A stretch of DNA of 64,000 bases from assembly GCA_963829925.1 (NCBI GenBank), contig CAWHKQ010000005.1, forward strand, positions 24,164 to 88,163. Direction: 5' to 3'. This document shows positions 36,534 to 47,125 of this stretch, piece by piece (the first letter of the stretch is position 1; every line of letters starts with the position of its first letter). Below the pieces are notes generated by a model, which was not told where the DNA came from, did no database searches, and saw nothing but the letters and a program-made list of their open reading frames with translations. The translations under genes were made by a program, and so were the position numbers. This stretch comes from an uncultured Acidobacteriota bacterium. GTDB lineage: Bacteria; Acidobacteriota; Thermoanaerobaculia; UBA5066; Gp7-AA6.

Positions 36534-38255
36534 CGGAGGCCTTCCGTTCCCCGGGTCAGCCGCGTCAGGCCGGACCCGTCGGCCCCGACGACATAGATCT
36601 CGTCGAGCTCCGCCGTCTTGCCCGAGAACAGGATCCGGCGTCCGTCGGGCGACCACGCCGGCTGCGCCCAGACGGCGATTCCCCGGGTCAGGCGCGAGAC
36701 CGTCCCGGAGTCGACGTCCACGCGGTAGAGGTCCCGCCCGCCGTCCCGGGTCGACGTGAACGCCACGAACCGGCCGTCCGGGGAGAAGCCGGGCGCCTGG
36801 TCGGAGGCCGCGCTCGGCGCGAGGGGGCGGACAGCTCCGGTCGCGAGCTCGAGGAGGAAGAGCTGGTCACGGCCCTCGGGATCCGCGTAGAGGACGAGGC
36901 GACTGCCGTCCGGGCTCCAGCTCGGCACCTGGCTGCTCCAGCGGTTGGACGTCAGCTTCCTCTCGCCGCGACCGTCGGCGTCGACGACATGAAGGTCCCA
37001 GTGAAAGTCGTCTCCCGCCGCCGTTCCCCGCTGGAAGGCGATCCGCTTGCCGTCCGGAGACGGGACGGGGACCCCGTCGAATCCCGGCGCCGCGAGGAGG
37101 CGCCGCGGATTTCCTCCGCCGGCCTCCATCAGATAGAGGTCCACCTCCTCGGGCGACGGCGGAGTCGCGGGGCGACTGGAAGACGATCCCCTTCCCGTCC
37201 GGCGTGAAGGCGGGATGCGCGTCCCGGCCGGGGCTCGCCGTGAGCCGCCGGATCCCGGTCCCGTCCGCTTCCATGACGTAGATCTCCCAGTCTCCGCCCT
37301 CGCGCGTGGACCCGAACACGATGCGGCGGCCGTCCGGCGACCACTGCGGCCAGGCGCTTCCGTATCCCGTGCTCGTGACCCGGCGCGAATTTCCCCCGTC
37401 CGCGTCCATGACGAAGAGCTCGAATCTCCCCGGCGCGTCCGAGTAGTAGGCGATCCGGGCCCCGTCCGGCGACCACGCCAGCTCGTACTTCGTCGCGGAG
37501 TCGTTCGTCAGCGGCCGCGGATTCGACCCGTCGCGGTCCGCCGCATGGATCTGGGTCTTCCCCTCCCGCTCCGTGAAGAAGGCGATCCGGCGGCCGTCGG
37601 GAGACACCTTCACCCCCGCCTCCGTTCCGGGACCGCTCGTCAGGCGGCGCGGCTCTCCGCCGGCGGCGTCGACTTCCCAGACGTCCCCGTTGCCGCTCCG
37701 TGCGGAACCGAAGAGAACGGAACGGCCGTCCGGCGAAAACGACGCGTGTCCGTCCCGGCCCGGGCTCGTCGTCAGGCGCCTCGCCCCGCTTCCATCGGCC
37801 GCCATCACGTAGACCTCCTCGTCGCCGTCCCGGTCCGAGTCGAAGGCGATTCGGGCCCCGTCGGGCGACCAGGCCGGATGCCTCGCGAACGTCTTCCCGG
37901 TGGAGTCGCCCCGATGCGTCAGGCGGCGCTCGTCCGTGCCGTCGGGCCGGATGACGTAGAGGTTCCAGTAGCCGTCCCGATTGGAGTCGAACACGATCCG
38001 CTCGCCGTCCGGCGACCAGGCCGGATGCGTGTCCTCGGCTCCGCTCCAGGTCACTCGACGTTCACCGGTCCCGTCCGCGCGAATGACGTAGAGCTGGCTC
38101 GAGCCGGTGCGTTCGCTCTGGAAGACGAGCTGCCGGCCGTCCGGGGACCAGGAGGGGTTGATGTTCAGGAAGGCTGGAGGCGGATCCTGCGCCGCCGCGG
38201 AGGCGGACGCGGCGAGTCCTGCGATCGCCAGGGCCCGACGGATGTTCCCGACCAT
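36530..38255 (-). CDS. TolB-like PD40 beta-propeller repeat protein (frameshift near 37140)
   Basis: Signal peptide and about 12 P-x-[WF]SPDG-x-x-I-x-F repeats. Confidence 0.9.
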
Positions 38256-38345
38256 GTTCGCCCTCCCGGTGGCGTCTCGGTGTCATACGTCTCCGGGACT
38301 TCGGAGTTCTGGAGGGAGGGCGCCGCAAGAAGTTCCCGATGACGC

Positions 38346-38788
38346 TCAATCGTGCTCCTCGCTTCTCGCCGAGCGGTACGCTTCCTTCAGATAGGGCGTG
38401 ACGGCGCGGACGTCGGACATCTTGCGCAGCAGGGCGACGTGGCCGACGCGGCGGCCCTCGCCTCTGCCGACTTTGAAGAAGAGCGGAATTCGGACTTCCC
38501 GGTCCAGGTGCACGGCCAGGCGCAGGGCCTCCTTCTGGAAGACGAGGTCCGCGAAGATCCGCGTCGTCCGAAAGAGCGCGTAACGGTCCCGCGCGACGAT
38601 CTCGACGCCGCTCAGGCCTTTCAGCGCCCTCTCGAGCGCGCCGTAGAGCGCGACGAGGACATCGGACTTGCCGCGGAGCAGCTGGCGCGACTGCCCGTGC
38701 CGCACGAGTGACGCTGGCCCGGCCGCCGGAACTTCCGGCCGCAACGCTCGCAGCTCCAGAACGCGGTCACGATCGCGTCGGACGCCAT
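38346..38788 (-). CDS. DUF5655-like protein with N-terminal CxxC...HxC (frameshifted)
   Basis: WSCERCGRKF...QRHSC, then LYGALERAL...FADL...LKEAY in a second frame. Confidence 0.6.
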
Positions 38789-38792
38789 CGCG

Positions 38793-39107
38793 TCAGGAGG
38801 CCCTCGGCCGCCACCGAAAGCGTGCGAGTGAGATGCGGCCACGCACGTCGAACCGCACCCCTTCGCGCCGCAGCCGGGCACGCTGGACCGCTCCCATGGG
38901 GCTTCCGTCCGACCGCTCGCTGATCCCGCCGCGCGCGTTCACGACCCGATGCCAGGGAACCCCGCTGCCGTCAGGAAGCGACGCGAGCGCATAGCCAACG
39001 AGGCGGGCGTGGCCCGGGGCCCCGGCCAGGCGCGCGACCTGCCCGTAGGTGGCCACGCGGCCGGGCGGGATTCGCGAGACCACGGCGTGGATCCTCCCGT
39101 GAGACAC
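38793..39107 (-). CDS. Alkyltransferase-like protein (ATL, YbaZ/Atl1 type)
   Basis: IPPGRVATYGQVA...ARLVG...VPWHRVV, with Trp replacing the catalytic Cys of PCHRV. Confidence 0.88.
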   Translation of the reverse strand: MSHGRIHAVVSRIPPGRVATYGQVARLAGAPGHARLVGYALASLPDGSGVPWHRVVNARGGISERSDGSPMGAVQRARLRREGVRFDVRGRISLARFRWRPRAS

Positions 39108-39111
39108 GCTC

Positions 39112-39297
39112 TCAAAAGTGCGCGGGCGTCAGCTCGAGCGCGGGGTCCTGGGACAGCCGCGACTTGAAACATCCGGCATGGCAGAACCAGGCCTGCGTGA
39201 GCCCGTCTTCCGTCTCCACGCTGACGACGCACGGATCCACGGCGTTGCGTTCGATCGCCTTACCGCAAAAACAGCAGGGGCCTTCCAGATCGACCAT
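39112..39297 (-). CDS. Small Cys/His protein (CxxC...HxxC), 61 aa
   Basis: RBS GGAGGA; MVDLEGPCCFCGK...WFCHAGCFKSRL. Confidence 0.65.
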   Translation of the reverse strand: MVDLEGPCCFCGKAIERNAVDPCVVSVETEDGLTQAWFCHAGCFKSRLSQDPALELTPAHF

Positions 39298-39438
39298 CCG
39301 TCCTCCCGTGCTCCGCGACCTCGATCCGCTGGCATCATCTATTGACGGGACGCTCCGCGCAACGTCAAGGGGGCGAACGCACGATTTCAATCGATCGGAC
39401 AGGCGCACGCCGTCGGCGCCGGCCGCGAGCTCCCGGCG

Positions 39439-39870
39439 TTACCGCCGGCCGGGACGCTTTTTCGACCGCAGCTTCGCGGGCCTCTTCGTCGCCCGAGCCG
39501 GCTTTCGAGCGGGCAGCCGCGATCCCATGGCCTTGGGCCGGGCGTGTCGCGGCTCGTAGACGCCCAGACGTCCGCCGCCGGGGAGGCGGAGCTCCGTCAG
39601 CCGGCCCCAGCCCAGGCCCTGGACGGGGCCGCAGGTGATTTTCCGTTTCTTCATGTCGGAGATGAACGCCTCGACGTCGTCGCACAGGAGGTAGAACTCG
39701 TGCACGTCGTTCTCTTCGGCGGGGTGAACGGCCAATTCCGAAGGTGGCAGCCCGAAGATCAACCATCCGTCGCCAGCGTCCACGTTCGGGAAATTGAGCA
39801 CGTCGCGCAGAAAGGCCCGGTCGGCTACGGGGCGCTTGCTGTAGATGATCGAATGCGCTCCGATGATCAT
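39439..39870 (-). CDS. VOC family protein
   Basis: MIIGAHSIIYS...RAFLRDVL...ELAVHP...WG...LPGGGRLGVYEPRH. Confidence 0.85.
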   Translation of the reverse strand: MIIGAHSIIYSKRPVADRAFLRDVLNFPNVDAGDGWLIFGLPPSELAVHPAEENDVHEFYLLCDDVEAFISDMKKRKITCGPVQGLGWGRLTELRLPGGGRLGVYEPRHARPKAMGSRLPARKPARATKRPAKLRSKKRPGRR

Positions 39871-39917
39871 TCGGGTGACCCTCCCGTCTCCCCGATGCTG
39901 TCACAACGCCGGCAGCC

Positions 39918-40247
39918 TCACGAAAGCCGCCACGAGCTCAGGAGACAGAGCGCCAGGGAGAGGAACACCCCGGCGATCGCCAGGAAGCGCAGGAAGCCCC
40001 GGGTCGACAGTGCCCCTCGCACCAGGAAGTAACCCGCGGCGCCCGACAGGAGGAGAGAGCTCAGCGTGAGCAGTCCCTCCCTGCGGGCGAAAGCCGGGAA
40101 GTATCCAAGGAAGGCGGACACACGGTCCTCGGGCGTCGCGTGGCGGCCGAACTCCCTGAACCACAGGACCCACACGATCAGAGGCAACAGGAGGAGCAGA
40201 AACCCGACGACCACCGCCGTCCTGTTCTGTTTCTCCGGCCCGTTCAT
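39918..40247 (-). CDS. Small membrane protein (3 TM)
   Basis: MNGPEKQNR... reads from CAT at 40245-40247, so it is on the minus strand although the ORF track labels it +. Confidence 0.65.
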   Translation of the reverse strand: MNGPEKQNRTAVVVGFLLLLLPLIVWVLWFREFGRHATPEDRVSAFLGYFPAFARREGLLTLSSLLLSGAAGYFLVRGALSTRGFLRFLAIAGVFLSLALCLLSSWRLS

Positions 40248-40316
40248 GCTCGAGTGGAGTCTCCGACGGGGAGACTACCAAAGCTGCCCGGGACGCCTCA
40301 GAACCCCGCGCTGGCC

Positions 40317-42003
40317 CTAGGCCTTTCTTTCCCGGGCCCCGCGCATCCGGGCCTTGCGGTCGGTCGTCACGATCGACACGATCAGGGCAATCCCTCCCAC
40401 GGCGGCGGCCGCGAAGAGCACGACCGCCAGAGCGGGATAGCCGAGGATCACGAGACGAGTCGGGATCTGCATGACGATCGCGGCTCCCACGATCAGGGCC
40501 GCGAGAACGACGCCCATCGCGATGCGGTTCGCGATCTTCTGCAACCCCTCGATCAGAGCGGCCTCGTCGATCGCGTCGACTCGGACCTTCACCTCGTTCT
40601 TGGCCAGAAGCTCGAGGAAGCGGTTGAGCCGTCCGGGGAGCTCCTGGGCGAACTCCTTCGCGTCGAGGAGCGCCGAGGCGAGGTGCCCGGGGCTGAACTT
40701 CTGGGTCATCCGACGGCGGAGCAGATCCGGGGCTTCGCGCCGGATGCAGGCGGTCGGGTCGAAGGACGGGTCGAGTGCCTTTCCGATCTCGTCGAGATTC
40801 AGGAGCGTCTTGCCCAGCAACGACAGTTCGGGGGGAATCCGAACGCCCGTGTCGCCGGCTACGCGGGCCACCTCGATCAACGCGCGCCCCATCTTCAGAT
40901 CGCCGACCCGGACCTGAGCGGCCTCGGCGACGATCAACCCGATCGACCGGCGGAATTCGGCCTCGTCGAAGTCCTCGCGACGCTCGCCCATCTCCAGCAC
41001 CCGGCTGGCCGCCTCGTCGCCGCGCCCCTCCCCGATCGCGATCAGCAGGCGGAGCAGCCCGTCCCGCAGGCCGGAGGGAACGCGTCCCGTCATGCCGAGG
41101 TCGAGCAGGGCGAGGCGCCGATCCTCCGTCAGAAAGACGTTGCCCGGATGGGGGTCGGCGTGGAAGAACCCGTCGATCACGACCTGGTGCAGGTAGGCCC
41201 GAAACAGCTCCTCGGCGAGGGCGCCGCCGTCGATGTCGATCCGGGTCAGCGGGTCCAGGCTCGTGACCTTCTGCCCTTCGACGTACTCCATCGTGAGGAC
41301 GCGACCCTTCGAGAAGTCGTCGACCGGGAGAGGCACCGAGATCCGCGGGAACCCCTCGAGGTTGTTGTGGAGGAGCTTGAGATTCTGAGCCTCCCGGCGG
41401 TAGTCCAGCTCCTCGAGTCAGGGACCGCGAGAAGGCGTCGACGGTCTTCTCGAGCTCGTAGCGGCCGCCGATCGACGAGTGCCGGTCCAGGAACGCCGCC
41501 AGCTCCTTGATTGCCTCGAGGTCCTCGGCGATCCGCTCGCGGATCTTGGGGCGCTGGACCTTGACGGCCACCCGCCGGCCGTCCCGGAGCCGGGCGCGGT
41601 GCACCTGTCCGAGAGACGCGGCCGCGATCGGGACGGGATCGAAGTCGGAAAACGCCCTGGTGATCCGAACCCCGAGCTCGGCCTCGACGATCTCCTGCGC
41701 TTCTTCGAAGGAGAACGGCTCGACCTTGTCCTGGAGACGCGAAAGCGCATCCACGTACGCCGGCGGGAGCAGATCGGCCCGGCTGGCGAGGAGCTGGCCG
41801 AGCTTGATGAACGTGGGCCCGAGGCTTTCCAGGTCCCTGGCCAGCTCTTCCGGCTTGCCGCCCTCGGGCTCTCCTTTCCCGGGCTCGGCCTGCGGCAGCT
41901 CGCGGCTCAAGTCTGTCGCCAGCGGCCCTCGCCCGTACTTGACGAAGAGGCGCGCGACCTCGGCGTAGCGCTTCAAATGCGTGGGAGCGAGCGATAGCGA
42001 CAT
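40317..42003 (-). CDS. ABC1/UbiB (AarF) atypical kinase (frameshift near 41415)
   Basis: LGPTFIKLGQ, AAASLGQVHRA, VAVKVQRP, GFFHADPHPGN, LLDLGM. Confidence 0.92.
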
Positions 42004-42083
42004 GAGTTGCCTCGGCGCCTCACATTTCAAGAATCGTGCCGCGTGCAGGCGCTACCGCCGTCGGAGTTAAGCGATGTCTCCAG

Positions 42084-42135
42084 AAAAAAAGGAATCCGGC
42101 AGCTCGAGGGTCGCCCTCGAAGTGCCGGATTCCTT
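42084..42135 (-). terminator. Rho-independent terminator
   Basis: AAGGAATCCGGCA...TGCCGGATTCCTT stem with a 7-nt A run (U-tract on the minus strand), downstream of the 42177-42869 gene. Confidence 0.8.
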
Positions 42136-42176
42136 CGGGAATCCGTGGTCCGGCCGTCGAACGGCCGGCCGTCTCG

Positions 42177-42869
42177 TTATTGAACGGTCGTCTTCTTCTG
42201 AGTCGTGGTCGTGGTCGTGATCCGCTTCACGACGAGCGGTCCGCTCGTCGACGTGCGGGTCGTCTCCACGACGTACGTCTTGCCGACGGCCAGGTCCGAC
42301 GGGAGCTGCGAGTTCGCGTCCACGGTGTAAACGACAGTCGTCTTGTCGGGCATCAGGAAGGTGACCGAACGTCCCGGCTCGTAGGCCGAGACCGTCCCCG
42401 TGATGCTCGTCGCGCCGCTCTGCGTGGTGGACTTCGTCATCGTCTGATCGCCGGTGGAGCTCTGGGTGCGGGTCTCGGTCTCCGTCTTCATGCTGCCGTC
42501 GGCGCCCACCGAGCGGGTCGTGATGCGGGTGACGGTGACGGGGCCCGAGGCGGACGGCTCGGTGTTCAGCGTGACGACGCGGCCGACCTGGATGTCCGCC
42601 GGAACGACGACGTTCGAGGACAGGGAGTAGGTCGTTTCGCGGTTGTCGGAGCCGACCACGACGATCGTCTTGCCCGGCTCGTAGCGCACGACCTTGCCTT
42701 CGACCGTCGTGGTCGTGGTCTTCCGGGTCATGCCGTCATCGGTGACCTGGGTGTTGGTCGTCGTCGTTCCGGGGTTCTGGTTGGACGAGGGATCCTGAGC
42801 TCCTGCCGCCGACACGAGAGCGAAGCTCCCGGCGAGGCACAGGGCCGTAGGAGTGAGCCATCTCTTCAT
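42177..42869 (-). CDS. Secreted Thr-rich protein with two internal beta-rich repeats
   Basis: Signal peptide AAGA/Q; repeats G.V..YEPG.T/S...VG......T...SGP..V.RITT. Confidence 0.75.
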   Translation of the reverse strand: MKRWLTPTALCLAGSFALVSAAGAQDPSSNQNPGTTTTNTQVTDDGMTRKTTTTTVEGKVVRYEPGKTIVVVGSDNRETTYSLSSNVVVPADIQVGRVVTLNTEPSASGPVTVTRITTRSVGADGSMKTETETRTQSSTGDQTMTKSTTQSGATSITGTVSAYEPGRSVTFLMPDKTTVVYTVDANSQLPSDLAVGKTYVVETTRTSTSGPLVVKRITTTTTTQKKTTVQ

Positions 42870-43016
42870 GGGGTTTCCTTTCGCATGTCCGACCGAAAGA
42901 ACGGCGGACGAGTCAATGAACAGAGCCCGCGCACCACCGCTGCGGTCTCCATATCTCTGTTGGTGCAAGGGGGGTGCCATGTCGCCGGGGAGGACAGAGC
43001 GAAGGAAAAATCGAGT

Positions 43017-43457
43017 TTATCGGGAATACGAGCGACGGACCGGCCGCTGTCGCGAAGCGGTCCGGCGAGGCGTCAGCTTCGCGTCCTGCTCCGCCAGAAG
43101 CTCCCGCAGCACCGAGCGGTGACACCGCTTCTCGCTTTCGCAGTAGCAACCCACGGAGAAGTCGGTCGTATGCGACAGGTGGGCCAGAAGCGCGAGCAAG
43201 CGCTGCCGGTCGGGCTGCGCCATTTCGCGGCGGTACGCGCGGACCCATCGAGCCCAGCGGCGGTCCGTCAACGGTACCGCGGACGCGAACCGGACGAGCC
43301 GGGCGCTGGGCGCAAGCTCGGGAAACCACAGGTCGAAGTAGTCCCGCCGGGCATAGTCGCGCTTGAGCACTCCGCGGGGCGGCCGGCGGACGGTGCCCAG
43401 GCGGAGGCCTTCCCCCGGCGTCCGCGGACTCCCCAGCCGGATGACTCGGATCGCCAC
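43017..43457 (-). CDS. DUF488 (YeaO-like) family protein
   Basis: GLRLGTVRRPPRGV.K...DLWFPELAPS...YRREM...CHRSVL. Confidence 0.85.
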   Translation of the reverse strand: MAIRVIRLGSPRTPGEGLRLGTVRRPPRGVLKRDYARRDYFDLWFPELAPSARLVRFASAVPLTDRRWARWVRAYRREMAQPDRQRLLALLAHLSHTTDFSVGCYCESEKRCHRSVLRELLAEQDAKLTPRRTASRQRPVRRSYSR

Positions 43458-43465
43458 CGCGAGCC

Positions 43466-44031
43466 CTAGCCGCTGATCGCCGTGAGCTCCGTGTACCGGA
43501 TCCAGATCGGCGCGATCCGATCCAGTCGGGCTCGGAGCGCGGCGGCCGAAGCGGGGCGAGCCCGGCGAAGGGATCGGACGACAGGCGCTGCTTCATCTCC
43601 GGGCTCGCAAGCTCCACGTTCAGCTCCTTGGGGCCGGGAATCTTGCCCTGGAAGTCCAGCGTCTCGAGGACCCGGTCCACCGTGCGCCGCGTCTTCAGGT
43701 ACCGGTCCGGGTCGGCGCCGATGGCGCGGGCCGCTTCGGGAGCCGTCGCCGTTTCCCACCCGGACTGCGCCGCGGCGGCGCGCTCCTCCGGTGTCGCGGC
43801 CGCCGACCCGCGCGCCTGGGAAGCCTGAAAGAGCTCGATCTCCTTCTTCAAGCCGCGTTCGTAGGCGTCCAGGTCCGCCTCGGTGAAGGCAAAAGGCGCG
43901 TCGGCAGGCGCCGCCGCGGCGGCCTCCGGCGTCGGGGCGGTCGGCGGGGGCGCGGAGGCACGGTCGGAAGAGGCAACCTCGCGGCGGCAGGCGAAAAGGA
44001 CAGCGAGTGAGATCAGGGACAGGACGCGCAT
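43466..44031 (-). CDS. Hypothetical lipoprotein (frameshifted)
   Basis: MRVLSLISLAVLFAC lipobox; helical body. Confidence 0.6.
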
Positions 44032-44044
44032 GGGACCTCCTGGA

Positions 44045-44770
44045 TCAACGGGTTTTCGGACTCGGGGCCGTGTGCTGAAGGAGCCACTCGAAAACGTCGG
44101 GGCGGTCGTACACGTCGAGAATGCCATGGTCCCGGCCGGGCAGGATCGTGAGTCTGGGGTGGCCGCCGGCGCGCTCGATCTCCTGCGCCAGGCCTCTTGC
44201 CTCCGCCGCGGGGGCGAGCGCGTCGTTCTCGCCGCCAACCAGCCAGAGCGGCACGCCGGCGAGCCGGCGGGACCAGGCGAGGATCGGGCTGACGGGCGAA
44301 AGCGCGAGCACGGCGGCGAACCGCCCGGGCAGGCGATGGGCGAGGTAGAGCGCGCCGCGGCCGCCCATGCTGTGTCCTGTCACGTACACGCGCGCGGGGT
44401 CGGTCCGGTAGTCGCGCAGAAGCGCGTCGACGAGAGCCGACAGAGCCTCCGTGTCCGTCCAGATCTCTCCGTCGGCGCAGTGAGGAGCGGCCACGACGAA
44501 GGGAAACGCGGGGTCCTCCTCGGCTCTCTTCGGGAGAGCCGATTGGCGGAGGCGCGCGATGTCGCCTCCTCGCAGGGATCCGCCGTGGAGGTAGAGGATC
44601 ACGGGCCAGGGGCCCGGCGAGCCTTCGTAGGCGGCCGGGAGATACAGGAGGTACGGCAGCTCGACCGCGTGCGGCAGCGTCGCTTTCAGGATTCGCTCCC
44701 GGGGAGCGGTGGCGGTCGAGATCGAGGCGCTCAGCGCCGCGGCAGCGAGCACACCGGCAGCCCCCGTCAT
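44045..44770 (-). CDS. Alpha/beta-hydrolase (esterase/peptidase)
   Basis: PVILYLHGG, VYVTGHSMGG, GENDAL, GRDHG. Confidence 0.85.
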   Translation of the reverse strand: MTGAAGVLAAAALSASISTATAPRERILKATLPHAVELPYLLYLPAAYEGSPGPWPVILYLHGGSLRGGDIARLRQSALPKRAEEDPAFPFVVAAPHCADGEIWTDTEALSALVDALLRDYRTDPARVYVTGHSMGGRGALYLAHRLPGRFAAVLALSPVSPILAWSRRLAGVPLWLVGGENDALAPAAEARGLAQEIERAGGHPRLTILPGRDHGILDVYDRPDVFEWLLQHTAPSPKTR

Positions 44771-45237
44771 GCCCGCTCGGAGAGCTGGTTCCGGGCGGCG
44801 AGCGCGATCGGGAGTCCGATGAGAAACATGTGCACGAGAATGCCGGTGATCCAGACGACCGGCGCGGGCGTCCCCCGCGGACCGGGCACGGCGGAAAGCG
44901 GAATCACGACGTAGTTCATGACCCCGTAGACCCCGAGCCCGTAAAGCGGCCCATAGAAAAACGGCCGCCGGAGCAGCGCCGGGATCTTCCGGCTGGCGAG
45001 CACGTAGACGGCGGCGATGATGCAGGCGTTCAGGAAGTGGAGGAAGAGGCCGAGCGCCGCGGCGGGCGCCCCGCCGGTCCGCGCCGACTCGCCCAGAACC
45101 CCGCTGGCGACGGACCGCAGGATTCTGGCCGGGCCGACGCCTCGGAGCCCCCAGAGGACGAAGGCGTAGGTGATGTCGAGCGCGCCGGCGATGGCGCCGC
45201 CCGTGAGGATGGCCCGAGTCGTCGCACTCGCCCTCAT
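44767..45237 (-). CDS. Membrane protein (4 TM)
   Basis: GAIAGALDI..., LGLFLHF, VMNYVVIPLSA, LVHMFLIGLPI. Confidence 0.75.
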   Translation of the reverse strand: MRASATTRAILTGGAIAGALDITYAFVLWGLRGVGPARILRSVASGVLGESARTGGAPAAALGLFLHFLNACIIAAVYVLASRKIPALLRRPFFYGPLYGLGVYGVMNYVVIPLSAVPGPRGTPAPVVWITGILVHMFLIGLPIALAARNQLSERA

Positions 45238-45482
45238 ACGCGCGGCGCGGCCGAAGAACCTGGGGGCCGGAGCTCATTCTCGACGACGAGATCGCCGACC
45301 CGCAACCGCCTCACGTCCAGCTCGCCGATCACGAGCTTCCCCCAGCGGCCGCGCGCGACCACGAGCCGGCCGATCGCCAGCGAGCCGATCGCCAGGGCTC
45401 CCACCGCCGCGGCGCCCGCCGCGAGCGCTCCGATCGCCGCCGCCCCGAGCTTTCCGAGTCTCTTTCTGCGCCGACTCCGCAT
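45234..45482 (-). CDS. Small basic, Gly/Ala-repeat hypothetical protein
   Basis: GALAAGAAAVGALAIGSLAIG; overlaps the downstream start. Confidence 0.6.
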   Translation of the reverse strand: MRSRRRKRLGKLGAAAIGALAAGAAAVGALAIGSLAIGRLVVARGRWGKLVIGELDVRRLRVGDLVVENELRPPGSSAAPRV

Positions 45483-45492
45483 GGCACCTCCC

Positions 45493-47124
45493 TTACGGCG
45501 CGGCCCGTCCCGCTCCGTAGAGTACCCTTCCCGGCCGCTCGGCCGTCATCGCGCCGCGCTCGAACACGATACGGCCGTTGACGACGACCAGGAAGACGCC
45601 CTCGGCATACTGATGCGGCCTGGCGAAAGTCGCCGTGTCGCGCACGCGCGCGGGATCGAAGACGGCGATGTCGGCCTTCATCCCGGGCCGCAGCAGGCCG
45701 CGGTCGACGAGGCCCAGACGCGCGGCCGGAAGCGACGACATTTTCCGCACCGCGTCCGAGAGCGTGAGCACCCGGCGCTCGCGGACGTAGACACCCAGGA
45801 CGCGAGCGAACGTCCCGTAGCTGCGCGGGTGCGGCATCGCCTGGCCAAAGATCGGCAGCCCCCCGTCGGAGGCGACCATCGTCGCGGGGTGCTTCAGGAT
45901 GCGTTCGAGGTCCTCCTCGCCGATGGCGTGGAAGATGGCGGAGCAGCCGCCCTGCTCGACGATCCACAGGACGGTCTTCGCCGCGTTCTCGACATCGGGA
46001 GGCAGGCCCCGGGCGGCCGTCGCGGCCGCCAGGCTCTGGCCGTCGAGCGAGCGGTCCCACTCGCACTCGGCGAGGACGACGTTCTTCGGGTCTCCGCCGC
46101 CCCGCTCTTCCCGGATGAGCCGCTCCGTTTCCTTCTGGATACGGGCTCGGTCCGCGCCGTCCGCCATCCGCGCGCGGAGCCGGTCCTCTCCGCCCTCCTG
46201 CGCCCACGAGGGAAGCAGGGCGGCGCCGATGCTCGTGCTCGAAGCCGTGTAGGGATACTGGTCGATCGTGGCGTCGATGCCGCGCGCCCGGGCCTCGTCC
46301 ACGAGCCGCAGCGTCTCCACGCTCTTCCCCCAGTTGGTCTTCCCGATGATCTTGTGGTGCGTGATCTGCGTCGGAAGGCCTCCGTGCTCTCCGATCGCGA
46401 TCGTTTCGCGGACGCTGTCGAGGATGCCGGCGGCCTCGTTTCTCATGTGGGACTGGTAGATGCCGCCTGTCGCCCCGGCGACCCGGGCGAGCGCGACGAC
46501 CTCGTCGGTCGTGGCGAACGCGCCGGGCACATAGAAGAGGCCGGAGCTCAGCCCGAAGGCGCCGTCCCGCATCCCCTGCGCGACGAGCTGGCGCATCGCC
46601 TCGAGCTCCTCGCCGGTCGGCTTCCGGTCGGCCGCGCCGAGGACGGCCTCGCGGATCGACCCCTGGCCGATGAAGCTGCCGATGTTGACGGACCTGGGCA
46701 GCGCCACGAGACGGTCGAGGAACGGTCCGAGCGGCACGGGCGAGCTCCCGTCGGGGCCTTCGATGAGCGTCGTCACGCCCTGGCGGACCGAGCTCTCGGC
46801 GGTCGGCACCTCGAAGATGCCTTCCCGGGCATGACTGTGGATGTCGATGAACCCCGGCGCGACGATCAGGTCGGCGACGTCCACGGTCCGCGCCGACGGC
46901 CCCGCGATCGCGGGCCCGATCCGCACGATCTCGTCCCCCCGGATCGCCACGTCCGCCCGGTACCAGGGGTTGCCCGACCCGTCCAGGATCCGGCCGTTGC
47001 GCAGGACGAGGTCATACGGCGGCCCCCCGGCGGAATCCGCCGCGGCCCCGAGAACGAACGCCAGAGCCAAAAACGCGCAGAGCGCGAGCGCCCGGCCAGG
47101 GAGCGTCCGGTTGTGCATCGGCAC
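45493..47124 (-). CDS. N-acyl-D-amino-acid deacylase family amidohydrolase
   Basis: APGFIDIHSH, GAFGLSSGLFY, SHMRNE, ASDG...HPRSYGTF. Confidence 0.9.
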   Translation of the reverse strand: MPMHNRTLPGRALALCAFLALAFVLGAAADSAGGPPYDLVLRNGRILDGSGNPWYRADVAIRGDEIVRIGPAIAGPSARTVDVADLIVAPGFIDIHSHAREGIFEVPTAESSVRQGVTTLIEGPDGSSPVPLGPFLDRLVALPRSVNIGSFIGQGSIREAVLGAADRKPTGEELEAMRQLVAQGMRDGAFGLSSGLFYVPGAFATTDEVVALARVAGATGGIYQSHMRNEAAGILDSVRETIAIGEHGGLPTQITHHKIIGKTNWGKSVETLRLVDEARARGIDATIDQYPYTASSTSIGAALLPSWAQEGGEDRLRARMADGADRARIQKETERLIREERGGGDPKNVVLAECEWDRSLDGQSLAAATAARGLPPDVENAAKTVLWIVEQGGCSAIFHAIGEEDLERILKHPATMVASDGGLPIFGQAMPHPRSYGTFARVLGVYVRERRVLTLSDAVRKMSSLPAARLGLVDRGLLRPGMKADIAVFDPARVRDTATFARPHQYAEGVFLVVVNGRIVFERGAMTAERPGRVLYGAGRAAP

Positions 47125-47125
47125 C

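Noticed and set aside
36530-38255. Regularly spaced DNA repeats (CCGTCCGGCGA..) suggestive of a CRISPR-like array
   Set aside because: They are codons for WSPDG in PD40 propeller repeats within a CDS
34507-47124. Run of small unrelated co-oriented genes resembling an integron cassette array
   Set aside because: Genes mostly abut or overlap; no attC-like RYYYAAC..GTTRRRY sites and no integrase seen
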